64,000 nt of DNA from a bacterium (GCA_012839925.1 DUMJ01000042.1:31441-95440), one strand, 5' to 3'; positions 1-11,578 are shown, counted from the stretch's first letter. Program-made: numbers and translations. The notes: generated by a model not told the origin, from the sequence alone.

Positions 1-580
1 GATGTGTATGTCCATGGAGATGGACTTTGGGTTTATATTTCAGGTCAAACTCTCTGAGTACTTTAAACCCCCTGTGAGCAAGGTCTTTTGATTCTTCACA
101 GATTCCCTGTTCATTTTCTGGACATCTCTTCCCAATACCTACCGGAGATTTACATCTTCCCTGAGATTCACCTACACACATAAGAGGTGGTGAATGAGTT
201 ACAAGTATATCTATTCCTCTATTCTTCCATATCTGAGGGGTAGCCCTTAATATTTTCCACCTCATCTCTCTCTCCGTATACTGAAGCATCTCCCCACCAT
301 AGTAGATAGAGCCTTCAAACCCCAAGAGTCTCAATCCCCGGTATGTAACGACTCTTCCCTCTATACTGGTACATCCTTCTGGGGGTCTCTGATTATATAT
401 AGTGTCATGGTTTCCTCTAATATAGAATAGCGGTCCTTTTAAAACTGTAACAAGGAAAGATAAAAATTCAGGGGGAAGGTCTCCACAGGATATAGTAAAA
501 TCTATATCCTTCCATCTATCCTCATCAAAAAACTCATGTAATATCGGTTCTTCGTGGTCACTCACTACCAATATTTTCAT
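1..580 (-). CDS. Calcineurin-like metallophosphoesterase (5' part; ORF runs off window start)
   Basis: Reverse-strand translation from ATG at 578-580: MKILVVSDHEEPILHEFF...GNHDT...ILVTHSPP...HLHGHTHL; GNHD and GHxH metallophosphatase motifs; no stop before position 1. Confidence 0.7.
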   Translation of the reverse strand, partial: MKILVVSDHEEPILHEFFDEDRWKDIDFTISCGDLPPEFLSFLVTVLKGPLFYIRGNHDTIYNQRPPEGCTSIEGRVVTYRGLRLLGFEGSIYYGGEMLQYTEREMRWKILRATPQIWKNRGIDILVTHSPPLMCVGESQGRCKSPVGIGKRCPENEQGICEESKDLAHRGFKVLREFDLKYKPKVHLHGHTH

Positions 581-675
581 ATCAGTCCTGTTTATAATTT
601 TATCATAATTTACCTTTTCAAAATCATCTTTAAAGTTTTATAATAGGATAATCAAATATTGCTTTGGAGGGAAAG

Positions 676-1821
676 ATGACTAAAAGAGAAATGAATCTGA
701 GAATATTTCAAGGTAAAGATATACCATATCCTCTGTTTCAACCCAGAATAGAGTCTTGGTATAACTGGCACAGGCAGTTCAATGTGATGCCAGAGAGATA
801 CAAAGATTATTCACTCTTGGAACTGTATGATGAGCTCGATATCTCTATGAGATATATAGCTTATTATACTGAAATACCGAGTCCTGTTGGACTTAAGTAT
901 ACGGATAAGGTAAAGATAAATGAGAAAGAGGTGGATAGTGAATGTAGGCTTATAACTATAGATACTCCATATGGAGAGCTTACAAGAGAGATCAGATTGA
1001 CATCTGATAGAAACTGGAGGACTTCTAGATCTTGTATAAAGACCAGAGAGGATATTAAGAAGGCGACCTGGCTATTTAGAAATACAGAATTTTATTTTAT
1101 AGAGGAGAATTTTGATAAAGGGGATAAATTTATCGGAGATAGAGGGGAACCCCAATTCTTTCTTCCTAGAAGTCCATATCAGAGCCTTCATGTTGATAGT
1201 TCCTGGATGACACTGGAAGATTTAATCTATGCCATTACAGATCTTCCATCTGAGATAGAAGAACTTATGAATGCCATAGATGAATCTTACGACCGTCTAT
1301 ACGAAGAGATTATATCCTGCAGAGATAAGGTGAGGATAATCAACTTTGGAGAAAATATAGATGCATATCTCCTTTCCCTGAAGTATTTTGAAGAATATCT
1401 GGTACCTTTTTGGGAAAAGAGGTCTAATCAACTTAGAAGAGCTGGTATTTATACTCATATTCATATAGATGGTCATTTCAGACCAATATTAAAATATCTT
1501 AAAGACCTTCCCTTTGATGGATTAGAGGCTCTTACGCCTGAACCACAGGGAGATGTCCTCATAGAAGAGATGAAGGAGTATATTGGGGATAAGGTCCTAC
1601 TTGATGGTATTCCAGCGATTCTTTTTTTGCCGATATACTCCAGAGAAGAGCTTTATAGTTGCATGGAAAAGTTAATAAGGCTCTTCCATCCCAGATTAAT
1701 ACTTGGTATCTCTGATGAAATCCCCGAGGGGGTGGATGAAGAAGGGATAGAAAGAGTAAGGTGGATATCTGAATATTGCAAATCTTTCAAAACAGGGAAG
1801 GGGGATAGTTATGGATTATGA
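676..1821 (+). CDS. Uroporphyrinogen-decarboxylase (URO-D)-like family protein, function unknown
   Basis: ORF track 664..1821; GGAGGG RBS precedes ATG at 676 (MTKREMNL...); C-terminal half (HIDGHF...LEALTPEPQGD...LLDGIP) resembles URO-D/MtaA fold and the paralog at 59857..60918. Confidence 0.4.
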   Translation: MTKREMNLRIFQGKDIPYPLFQPRIESWYNWHRQFNVMPERYKDYSLLELYDELDISMRYIAYYTEIPSPVGLKYTDKVKINEKEVDSECRLITIDTPYGELTREIRLTSDRNWRTSRSCIKTREDIKKATWLFRNTEFYFIEENFDKGDKFIGDRGEPQFFLPRSPYQSLHVDSSWMTLEDLIYAITDLPSEIEELMNAIDESYDRLYEEIISCRDKVRIINFGENIDAYLLSLKYFEEYLVPFWEKRSNQLRRAGIYTHIHIDGHFRPILKYLKDLPFDGLEALTPEPQGDVLIEEMKEYIGDKVLLDGIPAILFLPIYSREELYSCMEKLIRLFHPRLILGISDEIPEGVDEEGIERVRWISEYCKSFKTGKGDSYGL

Positions 1822-2992
1822 TGTCGTGATAGTTGGTGGAGGTCCTATCGGATGTTTTGTGGGTGGAAATATATCTGAGAGGGGCTACAGTGTCCTTATT
1901 CTGGAAGAACATCCTGAGATAGGTGAGCCAACTCACTGTTCTGGTCTTGTTTCTAAAGACGTTATATCTTTAAGTGGTGTAGAAGAAGATGTGATTCTTA
2001 ACAGGATAGGAGGAGCCAATATATATGCCTTTGATGGGACAAAACTCTCTTTTTTAGGGGATGATACTTACGCCCTTGTTATAGATAGAGTCCTTTTCGA
2101 CAGGAAGATAGCAGAGAAGGCTGAAAAGAAGGGGGCGGAGATCCTAAAAGGTGCAAGAGCTGTAGGTGCCGAAAGAGAAGATAATAAAATAATTGTAAAG
2201 TACACTAAGGACAAGGAAGAATTCCATATAAGGTCCTCCATCCTTATAGGTGCCGATGGTGCATACTCCAGTGTTGCAAGATGGTTTGGTCTTCCTTTCC
2301 CTTCTGAAATTATATATGGGTTTCAGGTGGAGGGAGAGCTGTCCTGTAATAATTTGGCGCAGGTCAATGTTATGATTGACAACGAGACATCTCCGGGATG
2401 GTTTTCCTGGATTATTCCTGTCAAGGAAAACTATGCGAGGATTGGACTCGGGATAAATGTAAGAGAAAACCCTAGAAAATATCTAGATAAACTGTGCAAA
2501 AAATGGGAATTACTCAATACTTTCAGCGAAGATAATATAAAGAAGGTTATGGGCGGTTTGATACCTCTAGGACTTATAGGGAGAAGTTATACAGATAATG
2601 TGATACTTGTCGGTGATGCTGCTGCACAGTTGAAACCTCTCTCTGGAGGTGGATTATATCTTGGACTGCTTGCTGGTGAGATATGTAGCGATGTGGTTTT
2701 AGATGGGCTGGAAAAGAAAGATTTTTCCAGCTCTATGTTATCCAAATATCATAAGCTGTGGATGAAATCAGTGGGTAAAGAGATAAGATTAGGGCTAAGG
2801 TTAAGGAGAATATTTTTGGGACTCTCAGATGAAGAAAAGGCTGAGTTACTGGAGATACTTGATAATCAAGAGGCTAAATCCATAATACTCTCAGCAGGAC
2901 ATATAGACCATCCCTGGAAGGTAGCATATAAACTTATGACTCATATCAAAGCTCCTCTGATGGTCCGTATGTTAAAATTGGCTTTTAGTTAG
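1811..2992 (+). CDS. FAD-dependent oxidoreductase, geranylgeranyl reductase family
   Basis: N-terminal Rossmann dinucleotide motif DVVIVGGGPIGCFVG; 393 aa; overall layout typical of geranylgeranyl reductase-like flavoproteins. Confidence 0.65.
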   Translation: MDYDVVIVGGGPIGCFVGGNISERGYSVLILEEHPEIGEPTHCSGLVSKDVISLSGVEEDVILNRIGGANIYAFDGTKLSFLGDDTYALVIDRVLFDRKIAEKAEKKGAEILKGARAVGAEREDNKIIVKYTKDKEEFHIRSSILIGADGAYSSVARWFGLPFPSEIIYGFQVEGELSCNNLAQVNVMIDNETSPGWFSWIIPVKENYARIGLGINVRENPRKYLDKLCKKWELLNTFSEDNIKKVMGGLIPLGLIGRSYTDNVILVGDAAAQLKPLSGGGLYLGLLAGEICSDVVLDGLEKKDFSSSMLSKYHKLWMKSVGKEIRLGLRLRRIFLGLSDEEKAELLEILDNQEAKSIILSAGHIDHPWKVAYKLMTHIKAPLMVRMLKLAFS

Positions 2993-3003
2993 AGGTGGTT
3001 CAG

Positions 3004-4479
3004 ATGATACTGGCGAATTCAGAACTTATGAGATTGTCTGAGTCAAGGGTAATGGAGATATTTAATGTCGATGAAGAATTATTGATGGAAATAGTGGCGG
3101 TAAAGGTTGCCGATAGAATATTAAAGATTACAGGAAACGTAAAAGATAAGCATTTTTTGGTCTTTGCCGGAAGGGGTAAAAATGGTGGTGATGCTATAGC
3201 TATAGCCAGACACCTCATTCTTCAGGGGGCAAGGATATCTGCCTTTCTGATAGATGATGGGGGAGGGTCTTTTTCTCCTCTTTTACGACTTCAAATTGAT
3301 AGATTAAAGAAGATAGCTCCTGACTCCATGAGGGATTTTAATTTTCAGGAGATAAGAGGTGATTTTGTTATTGATGGACTCTTTGGGACAGGTTTTAAAG
3401 GGGAGATGAGAGAACCTTACAATTCTGTCGTCAGATATATTAATAATTTAAATATTCCGATTATATCTATAGATGTTCCTTCTGGACTGGATGCAAGTAC
3501 TGGAAGAGTTTCCAGTAACTGTATTCATGCTAATTATACATTTACACTGGGGTTAGCCAAGTTGGGGCTATTTATATACCCTGGTGCAGGGTATGGCGGT
3601 GAGATAAGCCTTATAGACCTGGGATTTCCTTTAGACAGGTACACAGATTCATCCTTTAATCTTATAGATGAATCTGTGGTTAAAGGTGTTATTACCCGGA
3701 GAAACCCCGATACTCATAAAGGAACTTATGGAAGGGTTGGAATAGTTGCCGGGTCTTACAACTACCCTGGTGCCTCTGTGCTGGTTACAAAAGGTGCCCT
3801 TGCCAGCGGGACAGGGCTTGTAACCCTGTTTATCAGTTCCAATATGTTCCCCATGATTCACTCTATAGACCCGGAGGTAACATTCTATCCGAGAGAGAAT
3901 TTCAAAGAGCTTTTCCCTGTCCTGTCATCTATAGTGGTAGGACCAGGACTTGGTAAAGTAGAGCCTTCTTTCCTAGAAGATATAATTACCTCCAGTACAG
4001 TCCCGGTATTACTGGATGCAGATGGGCTTAACAGTATAGCAGGGTCTCTTGATATACTTAAATCTTCTAATATCCCAATTGTGATAACCCCCCATCCCGG
4101 AGAGATGTCCAGACTTATTGGTAAGAGTGTAAGTTTTGTACAGGATAACAGGATAGATGTAGCATCAGATTTTAGTAGAGAATATGGGGTTATCACGATC
4201 TTAAAAGGAGCTAGAACTGTTATCGCTTCTCCATCTGGTGAGATATATATAAATCCGACAGGTAATCCATCTATGGCTACTGGCGGTATGGGGGATGTCC
4301 TCAGTGGACTTATAGGAGGTTTTATTGCCAGAGGATTATCTCCTGTATCTGCCAGCATCTTAGGGGTATATATACATGGGTTAGCTGGAGATGTTATAAG
4401 TAGAGAGAAAGAGAGGGTACTGGCTCAAGAAGTAGCCAGTGAAATTCCCAGATTACTTGGATCTATAGTGAGCGACTAG
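3004..4479 (+). CDS. nnr: Bifunctional NAD(P)H-hydrate repair enzyme Nnr (epimerase + ADP-dependent dehydratase, YjeF)
   Basis: YjeF_N features (FAGRGKNGGDAIAIARHL) and C-terminal carbohydrate-kinase-like domain (GPGLG...GGMGDVLSG); ORF track starts at GTG 2995, in-frame ATG at 3004. Confidence 0.85.
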   Translation: MILANSELMRLSESRVMEIFNVDEELLMEIVAVKVADRILKITGNVKDKHFLVFAGRGKNGGDAIAIARHLILQGARISAFLIDDGGGSFSPLLRLQIDRLKKIAPDSMRDFNFQEIRGDFVIDGLFGTGFKGEMREPYNSVVRYINNLNIPIISIDVPSGLDASTGRVSSNCIHANYTFTLGLAKLGLFIYPGAGYGGEISLIDLGFPLDRYTDSSFNLIDESVVKGVITRRNPDTHKGTYGRVGIVAGSYNYPGASVLVTKGALASGTGLVTLFISSNMFPMIHSIDPEVTFYPRENFKELFPVLSSIVVGPGLGKVEPSFLEDIITSSTVPVLLDADGLNSIAGSLDILKSSNIPIVITPHPGEMSRLIGKSVSFVQDNRIDVASDFSREYGVITILKGARTVIASPSGEIYINPTGNPSMATGGMGDVLSGLIGGFIARGLSPVSASILGVYIHGLAGDVISREKERVLAQEVASEIPRLLGSIVSD

Positions 4480-5100
4480 GATAACTCCATCTGAAACCTC
4501 TATACGGCAGGGAGATTTCTCTATCTCGTTACTTATCGTAAGGCTATTTTCCCAGTAAATCTCTGCCTCCTTCAGGGGATATTTAAGGTTGTAAGTAGTA
4601 ACACCTGAGACCTTATCGGTCAATGGTATAATGGAGATTGTCTCACTGATCTCTCCCTCTATCTCTATACTGTCTCTAAATACATATCCATCCGCTTTTA
4701 CTCCTATAGATATCTTTACCAAGTCTAGCCGTCTCTCTCTTACATATCTTCTTATTATACCGAAAGCAGATAATGTGTGGTCTATTCTTGTCCCAACTAT
4801 CCCATATATTGAAACATCTCTTATACCAGCTCTTTCAATCTCTTCTATTGCCAGATGAAAGTCTGTTTTGTCCTTGTTCCTCGGATACAGTCTGGATGGT
4901 ATATCTAGAGTTTTATAGTACTCTAAGACCTTATTATCGACTGAGTCCATATCCCCTATTATTAAATCAGGTATGATATCTGACTGGTAAGCGTAGTTAG
5001 TCCCACCGTCTATACATATAATGAACCTGTCCTCTTTTACCTCTCTTATCAGAGAGTCCCTATCAAATAGTTCACCATTAGCTATGAGTATCCCCTTCAT
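4453..5100 (-). CDS. thiN: Thiamine pyrophosphokinase
   Basis: 215 aa, ICIDGGTNYA...DLIIGDMDS...GIVGTRIDHTLS motifs of TPK; immediately downstream of thiT in same operon; 3' end overlaps nnr convergently. Confidence 0.8.
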   Translation of the reverse strand: MKGILIANGELFDRDSLIREVKEDRFIICIDGGTNYAYQSDIIPDLIIGDMDSVDNKVLEYYKTLDIPSRLYPRNKDKTDFHLAIEEIERAGIRDVSIYGIVGTRIDHTLSAFGIIRRYVRERRLDLVKISIGVKADGYVFRDSIEIEGEISETISIIPLTDKVSGVTTYNLKYPLKEAEIYWENSLTISNEIEKSPCRIEVSDGVILVAHYRSK

Positions 5101-5600
5101 CTCTTTGGAAGCCTTGGGAGTATGATGATTGTTATAACTAATGCCAGGATCGCATCAGGAAGAATTACCGATGCATTATATGTAATCGAGTAGATCCAGG
5201 GATTTATACCCTGTGGTGCATATGATGAAAAGTATACAACCCCTGAGATTATATGACTTAAAAGTCTCCCAATCATTCCCAGGATTATTCCCAGTACAGG
5301 TATATTAGGTACCATTCCTGAAAGCCCCAACAGAGAGAATGCTAGTGGATAATCTAATATAAACTGTATCGGATGGACAAAGAATGGTTCTATCAGATAT
5401 ACAAGAAGACCAAAGACTCCACCGGCAAGCATACCCGTTTTTGGTCCTCTTCTGATTGACAGTATAAATATAGGGACAAGACTTCCCGGGGTAATACGTC
5501 CCCCCTGTGGTAACTGATATAAGGGTATCATATGGAGTACAATCCCCAGAGCTAAAGTCAACCCTATCTCTGCTATCAATCTTGCATTGAGCCTGTTCAT
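5097..5600 (-). CDS. thiT: ECF-type thiamine transporter substrate-specific component ThiT
   Basis: 167-aa polytopic hydrophobic protein directly downstream of a TPP riboswitch and translationally coupled to thiN (4-bp overlap). Confidence 0.7.
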   Translation of the reverse strand: MNRLNARLIAEIGLTLALGIVLHMIPLYQLPQGGRITPGSLVPIFILSIRRGPKTGMLAGGVFGLLVYLIEPFFVHPIQFILDYPLAFSLLGLSGMVPNIPVLGIILGMIGRLLSHIISGVVYFSSYAPQGINPWIYSITYNASVILPDAILALVITIIILPRLPKR

Positions 5601-5621
5601 ACCGCATCTACCTCCTTATTA

Positions 5622-5766
5622 AAAGATAAAGGGCTGTAAGCGTGAGAGCCTACAGCCCTTTGAATTTCCGCTATGGCTCCCTACGCTGGCATTACCCAGT
5701 TCAGGTTCGGAGGGTCGAAGGGTTAACCCCTTCCTCTCAGCCTCAAATATAAAGGCTCCCCTGCCT
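5622..5766 (-). promoter_or_regulatory. TPP (THI-box) riboswitch with terminator-type expression platform
   Basis: Reverse strand reads GGGGAGC...GCTGAGAGG...ACCCTT(cgaccctcc)GAACCTGAACTGGGTAATGCCAGCGTAGGGA, matching the conserved TPP aptamer core. It is followed by hairpin AAAGGGCTGTA-12nt-TACAGCCCTTT plus a U tract (5628..5661), then RBS AAGGAGG and the thiT ATG. Confidence 0.85.
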
Positions 5767-5835
5767 GGTTATATTATATATTATGTTTGAGGCTATTGCA
5801 ATATTAAAATTTTTTGATAAAATAATATATGTTAC

Positions 5836-5911
5836 GGGTCGTTAGCTCAGTTGGTAGAGCACCTGACTCTTAATCAGGCTGTCGCGGGTTCGAGCCCTGC
5901 ACGACCCACCA
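5836..5911 (+). tRNA. tRNA-Lys (anticodon CTT)
   Basis: Cloverleaf: acceptor GGGTCGT/ACGACCC, anticodon stem CCTGA/TCAGG with loop CTCTTAA, T-loop TTCGAGC, 3' CCA encoded. Confidence 0.9.
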
Positions 5912-5920
5912 CTTAGTAGA

Positions 5921-6006
5921 GCGAGGGTGGCGGAACTGGCAGACGCGCTAGACTTAGGATCTAGTGGTTAACACCCATGCGGGTTCAAATCCCGCTCCTC
6001 GCACCA
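5921..6006 (+). tRNA. tRNA-Leu (anticodon TAG), long variable arm
   Basis: Acceptor GCGAGGG/TCCTCGC, anticodon stem CTAGA/TCTAG loop CTTAGGA, long variable arm, T-loop TTCAAAT, CCA encoded. Confidence 0.9.
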
Positions 6007-6018
6007 GTAGATAGAGAT

Positions 6019-6094
6019 GCGGAAGTGGCTCAGCGGTAGAGCATCTCCTTGCCAAGGAGAGGGTCGCGGGTTCAAATCCCGTCTTCCGCTCCAT
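6019..6094 (+). tRNA. tRNA-Gly (anticodon GCC)
   Basis: Acceptor GCGGAAG/CTTCCGC, anticodon stem TCTCC/GGAGA loop TTGCCAA, T-loop TTCAAAT, CCA encoded. Confidence 0.9.
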
Positions 6095-6160
6095 ATAGAA
6101 GATTATTCTCGATAGCGTATGCTATCGAGTTATTTTTTATTAATATTTATGGAGGTATTG

Positions 6161-7378
6161 ATGGAAAAAGAAATTGTTCATAATGGCAGTAGGGTTCAAG
6201 GAAAGATATCATACGATCAATCCGAAGTAACAAAAGCTATAGGGGAAGAATTAAGATTAAGAGCATCCAGCGTTGTGGTCCCTGGCTTCAGAAAAGGTAA
6301 GGCTCCTCTCAAGTTAGTAGAAAACTTTATCGGCAGGGAGACTATTGTAGATAGAGCAATTGATAGACTTGTAAATACTGGAATTGAGGATTTTATAAAA
6401 GAGTATGAGATAGTCCCTCTGGAGATTAGAGATATTGATATAGTGGAGAGAGGAGAGGGGAAACCTCTTGTTTTTACATTTGAGATAGACACTTATCCCA
6501 GAGTAGAGGTCGAAAATTATAGAGAATTGATCTCTGACCTTGTTTGGGAAGAGCCTGTTGTTACTGAAGAAGATGTGGATAATTTTATAGAGAATATAAG
6601 GAAGAGGATGGGAGTATGGAGGGATGTAGAGGATAGAAAGATTGTAGAGAATGGGGATTACGTCCTGATAGATATTAAAGACGACCCATCAAAGCTTGAT
6701 GAAAGTATAGAAACAGGCTCTATTATAAAGATTGGAGAAGGGCTCATCTCACCTGGAGATGATGAGTCTCTTGTTGGGAAAGGGGTTGGAGAATCGGTAG
6801 AGATAAAGACCAGATTTCCTGAGGATTACAGGGAGGAATCTTTAAGAGGTAGAGAAATAACTCTGTATGTCCTTATAAAGGGGATTAAAATATTAGAGCT
6901 ACCTCCAGTAGACGAGGAGTTTGCCAGGAAATTTAACTATCAGACGGTAGAGGAGATGAGGGAAGGATTCAAAAAGAGCATATATAGGGAGAGACTGGCC
7001 CAGAAAGAACAGGAACTGTCACAGTCTATAAGAGATCGTCTTGCTCAGGCAGTTACTGTGGAGATTCCGGAGATAATGGTAAGAGATCAGCTTGAAAGCT
7101 GGAAGAGGATGCTATATCAGAACAGAGAAGCGCCAGAAGATTTTGATGAAAAGAACTATGATTATGCCTCAGATCATATAAAGTCTACCCTGGCTCTCCG
7201 TTATATAGCGGAGAAAGAGTCTATTGAACCTACTGAAGAGGAGGTAAATAGAATTATCAGTTCCTGGAGAGTTAAGAATATTACTGAAGATGTCAGACGT
7301 AGTGCTAATAGTATAGCCAAGGAAGACAAAACCTTGAATTTTTTGATAGAATTAATAAAAGGAGAGAGAACAAAGTGA
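6161..7378 (+). CDS. tig: Trigger factor (ribosome-associated peptidyl-prolyl isomerase chaperone)
   Basis: GGAGG RBS then ATG 6161 (MEKEIVHNG...); signature GFRKGKAPL trigger-factor motif; classic tig-clpP-clpX synteny. Confidence 0.9.
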   Translation: MEKEIVHNGSRVQGKISYDQSEVTKAIGEELRLRASSVVVPGFRKGKAPLKLVENFIGRETIVDRAIDRLVNTGIEDFIKEYEIVPLEIRDIDIVERGEGKPLVFTFEIDTYPRVEVENYRELISDLVWEEPVVTEEDVDNFIENIRKRMGVWRDVEDRKIVENGDYVLIDIKDDPSKLDESIETGSIIKIGEGLISPGDDESLVGKGVGESVEIKTRFPEDYREESLRGREITLYVLIKGIKILELPPVDEEFARKFNYQTVEEMREGFKKSIYRERLAQKEQELSQSIRDRLAQAVTVEIPEIMVRDQLESWKRMLYQNREAPEDFDEKNYDYASDHIKSTLALRYIAEKESIEPTEEEVNRIISSWRVKNITEDVRRSANSIAKEDKTLNFLIELIKGERTK

Positions 7379-7974
7379 TGGGAGACTATCTTGTTCCAAT
7401 AGTAATAGAACAGACAAGTAGAGGAGAAAGAGCCTATGATATATACTCCAGGCTCTTAAAAGAGAGGATTATCTTTATTGGTGGTCCGATAGAGGATGAG
7501 ATTGCCAATCTGGTGATGGCTCAGCTTTTATTCTTAGAAGGAGAAAGTCCTGAGAAGGATATCTTTATATACATAAATACGCCCGGTGGATCAATCACTG
7601 CTGGGATGGCTATCTATGATACGATGCAGTATATAAAGCCAGAGATAAGTACTATATGCATAGGTCAAGCTGCCAGTATGGGTGCTGTTCTTCTGGCTGC
7701 TGGCGCTAAGGGTAAGAGATATGCCCTTCCTCACAGCAGGATAATGATTCATCAGCCAGCAATTTACGGTGGTTTACAGGGTCCGGCAACAGATATAGAT
7801 ATTCAGACAAAAGAACTCCTGAGATTGAAGAGAATAGTGAATGAAATACTTGCCAAACATACCTCTCAGCCTCTGGAAAAGGTGGAGAGAGATACCGATA
7901 GAGACTTTTTTATGAGTGCTCAGGAAGCTAAGGAGTATGGAATAATAGATGAAATAATAGAAAAGAGAATTTAG
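7378..7974 (+). CDS. clpP: ATP-dependent Clp protease proteolytic subunit
   Basis: [16 protein letters not shown]...GQAASMGA...MIHQP catalytic-triad context; ORF track 7375 (GTG) / ATG 7378. Confidence 0.95.
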   Translation: MGDYLVPIVIEQTSRGERAYDIYSRLLKERIIFIGGPIEDEIANLVMAQLLFLEGESPEKDIFIYINTPGGSITAGMAIYDTMQYIKPEISTICIGQAASMGAVLLAAGAKGKRYALPHSRIMIHQPAIYGGLQGPATDIDIQTKELLRLKRIVNEILAKHTSQPLEKVERDTDRDFFMSAQEAKEYGIIDEIIEKRI

Positions 7975-7983
7975 AGGTGATAT

Positions 7984-9243
7984 ATGAAGACCAGGGATAC
8001 TCTTAGATGTTCATTTTGTGGTAAGAGTCAGGATGAGGTGAAGAAACTTATAGCTGGTCCTGGTGTTTACATCTGTGATCAGTGTGTAAGGATATGCGCA
8101 GAGATATTGGATGAAGAGGATATATCGCCTAAAAGTACCCCAGATAAACTGACCTGGGATAAGATACCCAAGCCACATGAGATATACGATAAACTTAATG
8201 AGTATGTTATCGGACAGGAAAAGACCAAGAAGATCCTCTCTGTTGCAGTTTATAACCACTATAAGAGGATATTAGCTCCGTCCGATGATAAGGATGATGT
8301 GGAGATAGGTAAGAGTAATATACTTCTGATAGGACCCACCGGTTCAGGTAAAACACTTATGGCTCAGGTTCTGGCTAAGACGCTTGATGTCCCGTTTACC
8401 ATAGCAGATGCTACAACACTGACAGAGGCTGGTTACGTCGGAGAAGATGTAGAGAATATACTTCTCAGACTTATCCAGGTTGCTAATTATGATATAAAGA
8501 GGGCAGAGAAGGGAATAGTATATATAGACGAGATCGATAAGATTGGACGCAAATCTGAGAACCCTTCTATTACCAGAGATGTTTCCGGTGAAGGGGTTCA
8601 GCAGGCGCTCTTAAAGATACTGGAGGGGACAATAGCCAACGTTCCCCCTCAAGGTGGAAGAAAACATCCCCATCAGGAATTCATTCAGATAGATACCACT
8701 AATATTCTGTTTATATGTGGTGGTTCTTTTGAAGGATTGGAGAAGATAGTAGCTTCCAGAATTAAGAAGAAGTCTATAGGGTTTACAGGTGAACTGGTAT
8801 CTGGTGAGGATGTTTATGATGTGCTGTCATACGTATTACCAGAAGACCTCATTAAATTTGGACTTATCCCTGAACTTGTAGGGAGATTACCGGTGGTTTC
8901 AACGCTTCAGAATTTGACCAGGGAAGAACTGATGAGAATACTGGTTGAACCTAAAGATGCTATACTGAGGCAGTATCAGAGATTACTGGCATTGGATGGG
9001 GTAGAACTGATCTTTACCCCAGATGTTCTCTCTGCTGTAGCTGAGGAAGCTATAAAACAGGGGACTGGTGCCAGAGGTCTTAGAAGCATAATAGAAAAGA
9101 TTATGCTGGATGTGATGTATGAGGTCCCTAAAAGACCAGATATCGTTAGATGCGTAATAGATGCAAGTGTTATAAGAGGAGAAGGCAATCCCGTGCTTTT
9201 GACCCAGAAGGAAGTAGAAAGGTTGGCTAGAGAAAGTGCCTAG
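7984..9243 (+). CDS. clpX: ATP-dependent Clp protease ATP-binding subunit ClpX
   Basis: N-terminal zinc ribbon CSFCGK...CDQC, Walker A GPTGSGKT, full-length 419 aa. Confidence 0.95.
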   Translation: MKTRDTLRCSFCGKSQDEVKKLIAGPGVYICDQCVRICAEILDEEDISPKSTPDKLTWDKIPKPHEIYDKLNEYVIGQEKTKKILSVAVYNHYKRILAPSDDKDDVEIGKSNILLIGPTGSGKTLMAQVLAKTLDVPFTIADATTLTEAGYVGEDVENILLRLIQVANYDIKRAEKGIVYIDEIDKIGRKSENPSITRDVSGEGVQQALLKILEGTIANVPPQGGRKHPHQEFIQIDTTNILFICGGSFEGLEKIVASRIKKKSIGFTGELVSGEDVYDVLSYVLPEDLIKFGLIPELVGRLPVVSTLQNLTREELMRILVEPKDAILRQYQRLLALDGVELIFTPDVLSAVAEEAIKQGTGARGLRSIIEKIMLDVMYEVPKRPDIVRCVIDASVIRGEGNPVLLTQKEVERLARESA

Positions 9244-11578
9244 GAAGAAGAATGATATATTACCGGTATTACCCTTAAAGAATATGGTTGTCTTTCCATC
9301 CACTATAGTCCCTGTCTATGTCGGGAGGGATCCTTCTGTCAGGGCTATAGAGTTATCCAGTGAATATGATAGAAATATCTTTGTGTTAACACAGAAGGAT
9401 AACGAACTGGATGACATAAATCCTTCAGACCTGTATGATATAGGGACAGTTGGAGAGATAATACAGACGATAAAGTTACCGGATGGAAGTTATAGAGCGG
9501 TGATAGAGGCTAAATATAGGGCTAAGGTCCTTGAATGTGTCTATTCAGAGACACTCTCTGCCTTTATCGCTAAGGTGGAGAAATTAGAAGATATCAGGGA
9601 AGACTCACTGGAACTGGAAGCACTCTCCAGGATAGTTTTATCAAAATTTGATGAATATATAAGACTGAATAAGGATATTCCTGAAGAGGCATCTATAAAT
9701 CTTGAAGAGGTAAGGGATGAACCGGATAAACTCGTAGATATTATTGCTTCTAATCTTCCAATTAGAAGTTCTGTAAAACAGGACCTGCTTTCTGTAGTCT
9801 CCCCTAAAGAGAGGTTACTCAAGCTTGCCGTTATATTGGAGAGAGAACTTAAAATACTCAGAATAGAGGAAGATATACAGGTTAAGGTCCAGAGAGAGGT
9901 AGAGGAGACTCAGCGGGAATATTATCTCAGGGCTAAATTGAAGGTTATACAGGAGGAGTTAGGCGAGAAAGAAGATTCCTCTGGTGCATCTTTCTATAAG
10001 GACAAGATTAAACTTTTAGGTTTATCAGAAGATACTGAAGATAAACTCATGGAAGAGGCAGATAGATTAAATAAAGTTCCTCCTTTTTCTCCAGAGAGTG
10101 GCGTAATAAAAACCTATCTGGACTGGATTATTGGCTTACCGTGGGGTGTCTATACTAAGGATAAACTTAATCTAAAGGATGTAAGGGCTACTCTTGATAA
10201 GAACCACTATGGTCTCCAGGAGGTAAAGGAAAGGATAATAGAATATTTGGCTGTTAAGAAATATGGTGGGACCAGGAAGAGTCCTATATTGTGTTTTGTT
10301 GGTCCTCCTGGAGTAGGGAAAACATCTCTGGCTCAATCCATAAGTACTGCTCTTGGCAGAAATTTTGTCAGGATTTCGCTTGGAGGTATAAGGGATGAGG
10401 CAGAGATAAGAGGACACAGGAGAACTTATGTTGGAGCTCTCCCAGGAAGGATAATCCAGGGTATGAAGCAGGCAAGGTCTTCTAATCCTGTCTTTCTTTT
10501 AGACGAGATAGATAAACTTGGAATAGATTTTAGAGGTGATCCCGCTTCTGCCTTATTGGAGGTTCTTGACCCTGAACAGAACAAGAATTTTAGTGATCAT
10601 TACCTTGAGATACCCTATAATCTCTCGCAGGTTTTCTTCATAACAACAGCCAATACTACCCAGAATATACCCCCAGCCCTTTTAGATAGAATGGAGATAC
10701 TGGATCTGAATGGATATACAGAAGAGGAGAAGCTCAATATTGCTAGTCGCTTTCTTATACCGAGATTGTCTAAGGAGCACAATATTAATAGAAAGAATAT
10801 CCCCATGAAGGAAGATATTATATTGAAGATTATAAGAGAGTATACCCGAGAGGCTGGAGTAAGAAATCTTGAAAGAGAGTTAGCAAAGATATTCCGTAAG
10901 GTTGTGGTATCATATCTGGAGGGTAAGAAGGGAGTTTTCAAGGTTGATGAGGAGAGCCTGATAGAATTGTTAGGTCCTCCCAGATTTTTGAGTGAATCTA
11001 TAGAGAAGAAACCAGAGGTAGGACTGGCAAATGGTTTAGCTTGGACAGAAGCTGGCGGAGAAGTCCTACCCATAGAAGTTATATATATGAAGGGAAAGGG
11101 TAACCTTATCCTTACCGGTCAGCTTGGTGATGTTATGAGAGAATCTGCTCAGGCAGCTTTTAGCTTTATAAAGAATAGAAGCGTCTATCTGGATATTACT
11201 CATAACTTCAGTGAAATAGATGTTCATATACATATACCCAAGGGGGCTATACCAAAAGATGGTCCCTCAGCAGGGATTACTATGGCATCCGCTTTAGCAT
11301 CAAGCCTTTCAGGTATACCATTAAGACAGGATGTGGCTATGACTGGAGAGATTACGGTAAGAGGAAGGGTTCTTCCTGTTGGTGGTATAAAAGAAAAACT
11401 TCTGGCAGCTTATAGTGCTGGCATCAGAGAGGTAATTATACCGAGAGAAAATGAGAGTGACCTGAGCAAGATCCCTGATGAGATAAAGAAGAACTTGATC
11501 ATTAGAAAGGTTTCTCATATGGATGAAGTCTTTCCAATAATCTTCTATAAGGAGGATGTCCTTGAGAGAGTTAGCTAA
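9236..11578 (+). CDS. lon: ATP-dependent Lon protease
   Basis: 780 aa; LON N-domain, Walker [10 protein letters not shown], catalytic PKDGPSAG serine motif; GTG start overlapping clpX stop. Confidence 0.95.
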   Translation: MPRKKNDILPVLPLKNMVVFPSTIVPVYVGRDPSVRAIELSSEYDRNIFVLTQKDNELDDINPSDLYDIGTVGEIIQTIKLPDGSYRAVIEAKYRAKVLECVYSETLSAFIAKVEKLEDIREDSLELEALSRIVLSKFDEYIRLNKDIPEEASINLEEVRDEPDKLVDIIASNLPIRSSVKQDLLSVVSPKERLLKLAVILERELKILRIEEDIQVKVQREVEETQREYYLRAKLKVIQEELGEKEDSSGASFYKDKIKLLGLSEDTEDKLMEEADRLNKVPPFSPESGVIKTYLDWIIGLPWGVYTKDKLNLKDVRATLDKNHYGLQEVKERIIEYLAVKKYGGTRKSPILCFVGPPGVGKTSLAQSISTALGRNFVRISLGGIRDEAEIRGHRRTYVGALPGRIIQGMKQARSSNPVFLLDEIDKLGIDFRGDPASALLEVLDPEQNKNFSDHYLEIPYNLSQVFFITTANTTQNIPPALLDRMEILDLNGYTEEEKLNIASRFLIPRLSKEHNINRKNIPMKEDIILKIIREYTREAGVRNLERELAKIFRKVVVSYLEGKKGVFKVDEESLIELLGPPRFLSESIEKKPEVGLANGLAWTEAGGEVLPIEVIYMKGKGNLILTGQLGDVMRESAQAAFSFIKNRSVYLDITHNFSEIDVHIHIPKGAIPKDGPSAGITMASALASSLSGIPLRQDVAMTGEITVRGRVLPVGGIKEKLLAAYSAGIREVIIPRENESDLSKIPDEIKKNLIIRKVSHMDEVFPIIFYKEDVLERVS

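Noticed and set aside
3000-4358. Antisense ORFs inside nnr (3000..3218, 3649..3861, 3885..4358 minus strand)
   Set aside because: They are fully embedded opposite a well-supported conserved gene, have low-complexity composition and no RBS. They are typical frame artefacts. The same applies to other embedded antisense ORFs (e.g. 8011..8259, 10615..11073, 13625..14056, 17701..18123, 21432..21656, 38388..38807, 57013..57348).
5305-5607. 100-aa minus-strand ORF overlapping thiT
   Set aside because: It is out of frame with the convincing ThiT ORF and overlaps it almost completely.
11480-11560. Possible T-box leader before valS
   Set aside because: valS start overlaps the lon coding sequence, leaving no leader. 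The genes are translationally coupled.
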